Source: a candidate division WWE3 bacterium CG08_land_8_20_14_0_20_40_13
Lineage (GTDB): Bacteria; Patescibacteriota; WWE3; 0-14-0-20-40-13
Length of the DNA stretch: 63,930 nt
NCBI GenBank assembly: GCA_002774285.1
Contig: PEYT01000023.1
Coordinates: 1-63,930 of the forward strand
Direction: 5' to 3'
Shown piece by piece: positions 57,677-63,285 of this stretch. A program made the translations under genes and the position numbers. The notes under the pieces are model-generated. The model did no database searches. It had not been told where the DNA came from and saw nothing but the letters and a program-made list of their open reading frames with translations. Position 1 is the stretch's first letter, and the number at the start of each line of letters is the position of its first letter.

Positions 57677-57785
57677 TGGAGCCGTTTCCGAGGGTCGAAC
57701 TCGGGACCTATCCCTTATCACAAGATATTAGAAAACAACCTAAATTTATTCACTGCGAAGCAGTGAAGCGTGAAAAGGGCGAACC
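57677..57785 (-). repeat. partial tRNA-Thr 3'-half copy B (41 nt identical incl. CCA end) plus conserved hairpin
   Basis: 57677-57717 is identical base for base to 57814-57854 (tRNA-Thr from the anticodon loop to CCA). Hairpin TTCACTGC-GAA-GCAGTGAA at 57749-57767. Confidence 0.75.
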
Positions 57786-57813
57786 TTTACTAACTTACTA
57801 AACTAGACGCGGA

Positions 57814-57889
57814 TGGAGCCGTTTCCGAGGGTCGAACTCGGGACCTATCCCTTACGAAGGGATCGCTCTGCCAACTGAGCTAAAACGGC
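57814..57889 (-). tRNA. tRNA-Thr (anticodon CGT)
   Basis: Reverse complement GCCGTTTTAGCTCAGTTGGCAGAGCGATCCCTTCGTAAGGGATAGGTCCCGAGTTCGACCCTCGGAAACGGCTCCA. 7-bp acceptor, GCTC/GAGC D stem, ATCCC/GGGAT anticodon stem, loop TTCGTAA, CCGAG/CTCGG T stem, encoded CCA. Confidence 0.9.
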
Positions 57890-57895
57890 GAGAAA

Positions 57896-57926
57896 TCGGG
57901 TTCCACCCGAATCGGGTGGAACCCGA
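57896..57926. repeat. REP palindrome TCGGGTTCCACCCGA-A-TCGGGTGGAACCCGA (copy 1)
   Basis: Perfect 15-nt arms. Ends 1 nt before the stop codon of the Y1 transposase gene. Identical to 58639-58669. Confidence 0.75.
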
Positions 57927-57927
57927 A

Positions 57928-58584
57928 TCAATCCGAATCATCAATTAAAAGACTGTGTATACCGTCAAATACTTTGCTATTGTAACAATTTTTTACAAAA
58001 TCAGTGTATTTAGTTCCTTTTCTATCCAAAACAACATCGTCGTAATTAATCCATGGGATTGTATCATTACGATGTATATGGAATAAACTTGAGTATTGGT
58101 AATCTTCCACCCGACCGCACTTAACGATTTTGTATGGGTTGGTGTGAATGTATGCCGCAACTTTGGTCAAGTGATCCGCAGAGATTATTGAAACTGCTCG
58201 ATAGATACCACCAAAAACCATACCTTCCCTCTCATGTCTTTTGTTAAATACGGATGTATACTGATTGGAAATTTTTCTCATAAAGTCTTTCATTCCATCA
58301 ACTTCTAATAATTGGCAGATTAAATGGAAATGATTTGGCATTAAACAATAGGATAAAAGCCTAATCTTACTGTAACAGTAGTTAGGAGTTACCTCTATTG
58401 GTTTTTTTGACCTTGGATCTTTACGAATAACTTTAAGTCCCGGAGTTAGATAAAGCTTAAGTAAATGTAGGAAAGAAACGAAATCCTGATCATCTAAAAA
58501 TATATTAGATTTATTTAAACCCCTATTATAGATGTGATAGTACCCGTTAGCGAAACAATGTTTTACAGTATTAATAGCAGGCAT
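57928..58584 (-). CDS. Y1 HUH transposase, IS200/IS605 TnpA-like / REP-associated tyrosine transposase (RAYT)-like
   Basis: HUH motif in CLMPNHFHLI and catalytic Tyr region VAAYIHTNPYK. N-terminus YHIYNRG is typical of COG1943-type proteins. Flanked on both sides by the same palindrome. Confidence 0.8.
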   Translation of the reverse strand: MPAINTVKHCFANGYYHIYNRGLNKSNIFLDDQDFVSFLHLLKLYLTPGLKVIRKDPRSKKPIEVTPNYCYSKIRLLSYCLMPNHFHLICQLLEVDGMKDFMRKISNQYTSVFNKRHEREGMVFGGIYRAVSIISADHLTKVAAYIHTNPYKIVKCGRVEDYQYSSLFHIHRNDTIPWINYDDVVLDRKGTKYTDFVKNCYNSKVFDGIHSLLIDDSD

Positions 58585-58638
58585 TTTAATTTAGTTATAT
58601 CGTACCCCGAAATCTGATGTTGTCAAGAGAAGATTGTT

Positions 58639-58669
58639 TCGGGTTCCACCCGAATCGGGTGGAACCCGA
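58639..58669. repeat. REP palindrome TCGGGTTCCACCCGA-A-TCGGGTGGAACCCGA (copy 2)
   Basis: Identical to 57896-57926. Lies 54 nt upstream of the Y1 transposase start. Confidence 0.75.
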
Positions 58670-58680
58670 TTTTATGATAC

Positions 58681-58790
58681 TTGGTATCTGTCGTTGTATG
58701 GGAATACCAACAATATTAACGAAGATAAAATTTCAGATCTTATTATAATGACTCTCTCGAAGTAGGGCACCTCAAACTTGAACTCATTCA
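58681..58790 (+). pseudogene. relic copy of the 3' end of the M16 peptidase gene (left arm of 110-nt direct repeat)
   Basis: Matches 61389-61498 with about 7-8 mismatches by eye. It reads WYLSLYGNTNNINEDKISDLIIMTLSK-stop, versus WYLSLYGNTNNINEDKISDLIITTLS-stop in the intact gene. Similarity continues about 30 nt past the stop. Confidence 0.8.
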
Positions 58791-58810
58791 ATAGTTGCGA
58801 TAAGGTGTAG

Positions 58811-58871
58811 TGCATAGATTTCGACAAATATTGCATAGATTTAAGCGTTGTGATATAAAATTTGCATAGAT
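58811..58871 (+). promoter_or_regulatory. three direct TGCATAGAT repeats overlapping a candidate promoter
   Basis: TGCATAGAT at 58811-58819, 58832-58840 and 58863-58871 (spacings 21 and 31 nt). TTGCAT (58831-36), 17-nt spacer, TATAAA (58854-59). Confidence 0.4.
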
Positions 58872-58916
58872 ACATGGTAAACAATAACTTAAATATAGGC
58901 GAGGCCTCCAAGTATC

Positions 58917-59462
58917 TTGGAGTTATTTAATAAAGACACTTTTGCACAAGCAACAGACTGGATTGGAGGATCTGCGAGAGAACCGGAAGCAAGATTTTAT
59001 TGTCCTACAAGCTCAGAATTTAAAGGTAGGTTGTCAAAATTACAAAGCGATTTGGAAAGGCTTCCCGATTTAATAGATTATTATCCACTTATTGTTGCTA
59101 TAGTGGGAGAAATAGGAAACAATTCCTTTGACCACAATCTAGGAAATTGGCCGGACATCTCGGGAATTTTCTTTTCGTACGATACAAACAAAAGGCAGGT
59201 TGCTTTGGCAGACAGAGGTCAGGGTATTTTAAGAACACTAAAAAGAGTACGACCCGATGTTAAAAATGATGAAGATGCCCTACGGATTGCATTTACTGAA
59301 GTAGTATCCGGCAGATCTCCCGGGTCAAGGGGGAACGGGCTTAAGTTTGTTTTAGGAGTAGTATTAAGTAAAACAATCGAGATAAATTTTTTTAGCGGAG
59401 CGGCAATGGTTTCCGTTTCTAACAATAACAAGAATCTAAAAATAGACAAATTTTTATTATAG
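58917..59462 (+). CDS. GHKL/HATPase_c-like ATP-binding protein (anti-sigma-factor/Ser-kinase-like)
   Basis: N-box-like EIGNNSFDH, G1-like DRGQGI and G2-like GNGLKFV. TTG start only; the frame opens at 58899 with no ATG. Confidence 0.6.
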   Translation: MELFNKDTFAQATDWIGGSAREPEARFYCPTSSEFKGRLSKLQSDLERLPDLIDYYPLIVAIVGEIGNNSFDHNLGNWPDISGIFFSYDTNKRQVALADRGQGILRTLKRVRPDVKNDEDALRIAFTEVVSGRSPGSRGNGLKFVLGVVLSKTIEINFFSGAAMVSVSNNNKNLKIDKFLL

Positions 59463-59493
59463 CGGTTGTTTAGCCTTAATTAAGTTTTAATAT

Positions 59494-59781
59494 ATGAAAA
59501 TTGAACTCAAAAAATTTGGGAATCTTTTAACCTCGCGGCAGGATGGTCGGGAAGCACTTGCGGCTATCGAACCGTTGCTACTAAATATGGTAGATAATGA
59601 AACTCTGGAACTCGATTTTGATGGTGTCATCACTTTCACCCCTTCTTGGGCCGACTAATTTGTTACCAACTTAGTTAATCGATTTGGCATGCGTGTTCAT
59701 TTTGTAAATGATGAGAACTTGTCTGTAAAGGTTACTCTAAAATTACTCCAAGATTTAAAGAAAAACCCATCACCGAATTGA
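59494..59781 (+). pseudogene. STAS-like (DUF4325-like) small protein ORF interrupted by in-frame TAA at 59656-59658
   Basis: MKIELKKFGNLLTSRQDGREAL...LELDFDGVITFTPSWAD-TAA-FVTNLVNRFGMRVHFVNDENLSV... The same frame stays open to 59781. About 95 codons in total, as expected for this family. Confidence 0.5.
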
Positions 59782-59789
59782 GTCCTTGC

Positions 59790-59850
59790 ACTATAGGCTT
59801 TGACGAAAGGCGAAAAATTTGTGATATAATCAAAAAATAGGGTAGGTTTT
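59790..59850 (+). promoter_or_regulatory. promoter module copy P1 (TTGACG ... TATAAT)
   Basis: ACTATAGGCTTTGAC is identical to 63166-63180. -35 TTGACG at 59800-05, -10 TATAAT at 59825-30 (19-nt spacer). Homology to P2 continues past the -10. Confidence 0.5.
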
Positions 59851-59909
59851 TGGGCAGATTCTGATTAAAGCAAAAAAGCATAGGCGCATTCTGCGAAAGG
59901 AGTTTTGCC

Positions 59910-60023
59910 ATGGGTAAGTTTGTTGCTTGGTGCGGACCCGAAGATGCAGATACCGAAGCGGATGATACCTCTTATGAGGAAGGTATTGGTGATAGCGACG
60001 ACAGCCCCTCCGACTGGAACTAG
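59910..60023 (+). CDS. 37-aa highly acidic peptide (MGKFVAWCGPEDADTEADDTSYEEGIGDSDDSPSDWN), not in the ORF track
   Basis: AAAGGAG RBS 7 nt upstream of the ATG. Promoter module P1 lies about 80 nt upstream and a hairpin with T-run about 40 nt downstream. Local GC is clearly above the window average. Confidence 0.45.
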   Translation: MGKFVAWCGPEDADTEADDTSYEEGIGDSDDSPSDWN

Positions 60024-60061
60024 ACAATAAGAAAATCTGAATCGACCCAAAACCTATTAAT

Positions 60062-60113
60062 CCCAGATAACTAGAGCTTATCCAAGAGAGCAAAAGTTAT
60101 CTGGGGTATTTTT
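60062..60113 (+). terminator. hairpin + T-run after the acidic peptide ORF
   Basis: CCCAGATAACT (60062-72) pairs with AGTTATCTGGG (60095-105), followed by GTATTTTT. The loop is long (22 nt). Confidence 0.45.
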
Positions 60114-60126
60114 CCACATAACGTAT

Positions 60127-61470
60127 ATGATAAGAGGTCATCGAAACATTTTTAAAACAAAATCCCTTAAATCTTTTTCGGTAGAAATGGAAACAACCAC
60201 TTTGGAAAACGGGGCGCGTCTTGTTGTTTTTGAACGACCCAATACCCCTGTTTACGCCAACGCAATTTTTTTAGCGGGATCCCGTTTTGATCCTGCGGGA
60301 AAAGAAGGAATCGGCCATTTCCTTGAACACCTTCTTGTTGCAGGTACTAAAAGTTTCCAATCAAAAGATAAACTTGCGTCATTTGCAGAGCGTTTAGGGG
60401 GAACAATAGGGGCTTACACAAATGTTGATACTTTAACGCTGGAAACATCTGTCGGGAACCCTGGGGATTTATCTAGTGTTATAAAAATATTATCCGAGGA
60501 AATTACCAATTCTTTGTTTCTTCAAAAAGTTATTGATACGGAAAGAGGTTCTATTCTGCAAGAAATATCAGACAGCAAAACTATAGCTAATAAACATGTT
60601 AACGAAATCTCAAAAGAAAATGTTTTTCAAGGAACAGTTCTTGCCCATTCTGGATTAGGAACAGAAAGTAGTGTGGTTGGTATTACGCGAGATGATTTAA
60701 TTTCGCATCGTGATCAGTTTATCTTTGGTAACAATACGGCGATAGTTGTTGCGGGGGGCGTAAAAGCAGAAGAAATTACCGAAGCTTTTTCTAACAATCT
60801 TATACTTCCAAAAGGGGAAAAACCTAAACTTTTAGAAGACCTTCCAATTATTAGAGACAAAACAATACGGATAGAAAACTCTTCCATCAAAGGTGATAGT
60901 GTTTATATTTCATTTGATTTTAGAACTCCGGGAATTCTTAACCCGGAAGTAAGACCTCTTTCTATGCTTTCTGCAATTCTTGGGGGCGGTCGAGCCTCCA
61001 TATTAGCTAAACGGTTAAGATATGATAATGGATTTGTATATTTTTCTAATGCTCAACAAACAAGTTATCTTGGAGCTGGGGTTTTTAGCGTTCGAACAGC
61101 ATGCGCAAATAAGAATTTGGAAAAAGTAATAACAATTATTGCAAAAGAAATTAACAAAATTGCAAAAAACGGCCCTACAAAGGAGGATTTACAACAAATT
61201 AAAGATAAAACTATTAATTCCGCATTGGTTCAAATGCAAACATCGGGATCGTGGGTTATTAGACACGCCTACCGTGCGTTGATTGATCCTAGCAAAATGT
61301 GGGCGATAGACAACTATTTTGATGAGGTTCTTAAAGTTAGTGTGGACGATATCAAAGATTGTGCCAAAAAGTTTTTGACACACAATAATTGGTATTTGTC
61401 GTTGTATGGGAATACCAACAATATTAACGAAGATAAAATTTCAGATCTTATTATAACGACTCTCTCGTAG
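60127..61470 (+). CDS. M16-family (pitrilysin/insulinase-like) zinc peptidase
   Basis: Inverted zinc motif HxxEH in GIGHFLEHLL, with TLENGARLVVFE near the N-terminus. The start may be ATG 60187 (METTTLENG). Confidence 0.85.
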   Translation: MIRGHRNIFKTKSLKSFSVEMETTTLENGARLVVFERPNTPVYANAIFLAGSRFDPAGKEGIGHFLEHLLVAGTKSFQSKDKLASFAERLGGTIGAYTNVDTLTLETSVGNPGDLSSVIKILSEEITNSLFLQKVIDTERGSILQEISDSKTIANKHVNEISKENVFQGTVLAHSGLGTESSVVGITRDDLISHRDQFIFGNNTAIVVAGGVKAEEITEAFSNNLILPKGEKPKLLEDLPIIRDKTIRIENSSIKGDSVYISFDFRTPGILNPEVRPLSMLSAILGGGRASILAKRLRYDNGFVYFSNAQQTSYLGAGVFSVRTACANKNLEKVITIIAKEINKIAKNGPTKEDLQQIKDKTINSALVQMQTSGSWVIRHAYRALIDPSKMWAIDNYFDEVLKVSVDDIKDCAKKFLTHNNWYLSLYGNTNNINEDKISDLIITTLS

Positions 61471-61498
61471 TAGGGCACTTCAAACTAAAACTCGTTCC
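61389..61498 (+). repeat. right arm of 110-nt direct repeat (authentic M16 3' end + 28 nt downstream)
   Basis: See 58681-58790. The offset between the copies is 2708 nt. Confidence 0.8.
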
Positions 61499-61513
61499 TA
61501 TCCAATCTCCCAC

Positions 61514-61542
61514 TTGACTCCCATTTTATCTACTCCTAAAAT
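61514..61542 (+). promoter_or_regulatory. candidate sigma70-type promoter
   Basis: TTGACT (61514-19), 17-nt spacer, TAAAAT (61537-42), 10 nt upstream of ATG 61552. Confidence 0.4.
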
Positions 61543-61551
61543 AGGACTTAT

Positions 61552-61725
61552 ATGGAATTCATACAACGGGAAGTCTACTTTTTGCTAAAAGATCACCTAA
61601 ATAATCCCGAAATATCATTGATTCTTGGCCCTCGACAAGCTGGAAAGACAACTTTAATGGAAAAGTTAGCGCAAGAATTAAAGGACATTATCCAGCTTGC
61701 GTATTTCCGAACGACGCTACAATAA
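61552..61725 (+). pseudogene. N-terminal fragment of an AAA-type ATPase (Walker A only)
   Basis: MEFIQREVYFLLKDHLNNPEISLILGPRQAGKTTLMEKLAQELKD, then unrelated residues and a stop after 57 codons. Intact homologs of this N-terminus are several hundred aa long. Confidence 0.55.
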
Positions 61726-62060
61726 CGGAATTTGGGAATCGAAATTGTTCCGCGGCTAAGACAAGTTGTTCAATTGGGTTTGATGGGGAGGTTAGGCCTT
61801 GTTCCCACGCCCCAATGTCATATGGAAATGTGACCCACGAAGGACTTGGTAAGTCGTGGAATAATATGATTGAGTGGCGTACTGGTAGTCTAATACCTAA
61901 AATTTGTCAGCAAGATTGCGGTGAATATCCAGCAAAATGCGGTGGGGGATGTAGGATAGAATCCTTAAATGCTAATGGGAGCATGGGGGGGAACGATCCC
62001 TATTGTTTGCAAACAAAACCTGTGGCAAGAAGAAGGGGCATTAAACAAATATTTATATGA
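61692..62060 (+). pseudogene. C-terminal (SPASM-domain) fragment of a radical SAM maturase
   Basis: ...CSIGFDGEVRPCSHAPMSYGNV...ICQQDCGEYPAKCGGGCRIES is the CxxCx5CxxxC / CGGGC pattern of SPASM domains. No CxxxCxxC radical-SAM core is present upstream. The frame opens only at 61605. Confidence 0.55.
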
Positions 62061-62719
62061 AACTGGAAGTTACATATTCAATCGAAAAAGATGCACAAAC
62101 TTATGTAGATTATATTTTTAACTTTAAATTCTTCAAACATGGGCGGGTAAATATTCAGGAAACCTTACTAGAGAAGCTCGATATCCCTCTACAAAGCCTA
62201 TTGAAATCGGTAGAAAACGACCAAGAGGCCTTTTGTAAAATACGGTCATATCTTGAACAAACATATAATTCTAATCCAACGATAATTGAAGACAGTGCAG
62301 CAAAGCTCAAAACTATGTGGGGCAAAGTTGGGGATAATATAATCTTCTCATTGGAATTTTTATATAAAAAGCCATTTCCTTTTAAATTTGCCACAGCGTA
62401 TTTGACAACAAATTTCATTTTTCCTTATAACTACGAGCAAAAATATTTTTTTGTAAATTTTAAATACCTTTCTACCCAATTAAATACTATTAAACACGAG
62501 CTAAACCATTTTATGTTTTATTACTATTATCCCGCCGGGAAAGATCTTAATTTGGAAAAATACGAACTGCTCAAGGAGTCCTTGTCCTTTTTCTCTAACC
62601 CGGAACAAGAAGGAAAACCAAACGAGGCACCCCTTCGCGATTTATATAAATCCAAGATATGGAATTCTTTGGATGAGGCGGTAATCCAAGCGACTAAGCT
62701 ACTGTGTTTCCCTAAATAA
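62057..62719 (+). CDS. hypothetical protein with HExxH motif (possible metallopeptidase)
   Basis: TIKHELNHFMF contains H-E-L-N-H. ATGA overlap with the SPASM-fragment ORF. Confidence 0.45.
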   Translation: MKLEVTYSIEKDAQTYVDYIFNFKFFKHGRVNIQETLLEKLDIPLQSLLKSVENDQEAFCKIRSYLEQTYNSNPTIIEDSAAKLKTMWGKVGDNIIFSLEFLYKKPFPFKFATAYLTTNFIFPYNYEQKYFFVNFKYLSTQLNTIKHELNHFMFYYYYPAGKDLNLEKYELLKESLSFFSNPEQEGKPNEAPLRDLYKSKIWNSLDEAVIQATKLLCFPK

Positions 62720-62726
62720 CAATGCT

Positions 62727-63179
62727 ATGCAACCTTTGCAAATTGTCTCTGTAATTGTATTAATAAAACATAGAAACAAATGTCTCCTTGTTCAAAGAAG
62801 CGACGATAATGATATTTTCCCCAGTATATGGCAGAATTTTGGGGGAAAAGTAGAACTTGGGGAGACAGTGGAAACGGTAATTAGAAGAGAGGTAAAAGAA
62901 GAGGCCGGACTTGATATTACAACCAATCCAGTCTTTTTGCAAAGCTACTCTTGGAAAAAAGATGAGAATTCCCCGATAAGATTAGGTTTAGTATTTCTAG
63001 TGTACCTTAAACGCAATCAATATAAGTTGAAAATTAAGCTTGATAAAGAGCTTTCTAATTATGGGTGGTTTACTTTTGATATGGCAAAGAAAATGAACGC
63101 CGAAGACAAATTAATAGGTAAAAATAGCCCAACGGGTACTTTAGGACAACTGTCTTGCGCCAAGGACTATAGGCTTTGA
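62727..63179 (+). CDS. NUDIX hydrolase
   Basis: Nudix box GGKVELGETVETVIRREVKEEAGL. The last 5 codons and the stop lie inside promoter module P2. Confidence 0.85.
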   Translation: MQPLQIVSVIVLIKHRNKCLLVQRSDDNDIFPSIWQNFGGKVELGETVETVIRREVKEEAGLDITTNPVFLQSYSWKKDENSPIRLGLVFLVYLKRNQYKLKIKLDKELSNYGWFTFDMAKKMNAEDKLIGKNSPTGTLGQLSCAKDYRL

Positions 63180-63217
63180 CATAAAGCCGAAAAATTGGTA
63201 TAATATAGGTACATTTT
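63166..63217 (+). promoter_or_regulatory. promoter module copy P2 (consensus TTGACA-17-TATAAT)
   Basis: -35 TTGACA at 63176-81, 17-nt spacer, -10 TATAAT at 63199-204. Homologous to 59790-59850. Confidence 0.6.
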
Positions 63218-63239
63218 TGACGAGGGCTCTCGTCGCCCG

Positions 63240-63263
63240 AACCCACGGCTTGTGGGTTTTATT
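63240..63263 (+). terminator. terminator-like hairpin inside the 5' leader of the GC-rich gene
   Basis: AACCCAC-GGCTT-GTGGGTT followed by TTTATT. Preceded by a second hairpin GACGAG-GGCT-CTCGTC (63219-63234) and followed by the tandem TTGTACATTGTACA. Confidence 0.35.
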
Positions 63264-63285
63264 GTACATTGTACATGGAGGAAAA

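Larger units (their letters stand above)
57896..58669 (-). mobile_element. RAYT-like gene with flanking identical REP palindromes
   Basis: The 31-nt palindromes at 57896-57926 and 58639-58669 are identical and in the same orientation (both have centre base A). They bracket the 657-nt Y1 transposase gene. Confidence 0.65.

Noticed and set aside
57556-57889. CRISPR array, or a set of three intact tRNA genes
   Set aside because: The period is ~140 nt with only a partly conserved unit, not short repeats and spacers. Copies A and B lack the D arm and (for A) the acceptor 3' strand, so only 57814-57889 folds as a complete cloverleaf.
58672-58911. 79-aa minus-strand ORF
   Set aside because: It lies antisense across the M16 3'-end relic and the TGCATAGAT repeat/promoter region. 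It has no RBS, and its sequence is explained by those features.
59656-59658. In-frame TAA in the STAS-like ORF as evidence for an alternative genetic code
   Set aside because: TAA, TAG and TGA all terminate well-conserved genes in this window at the expected lengths (for example ftsZ with TAA, the Mur fusion with TGA). A code change is therefore not supported. A nonsense mutation, a sequencing error or local readthrough are the remaining options.
59830-60093. 87-aa and 61-aa minus-strand ORFs from the track
   Set aside because: They are antisense to the small acidic ORF, which has a promoter, a strong RBS and a downstream hairpin on the plus strand. The minus-strand ORFs have no comparable signals and give Arg/Cys-rich low-complexity translations.
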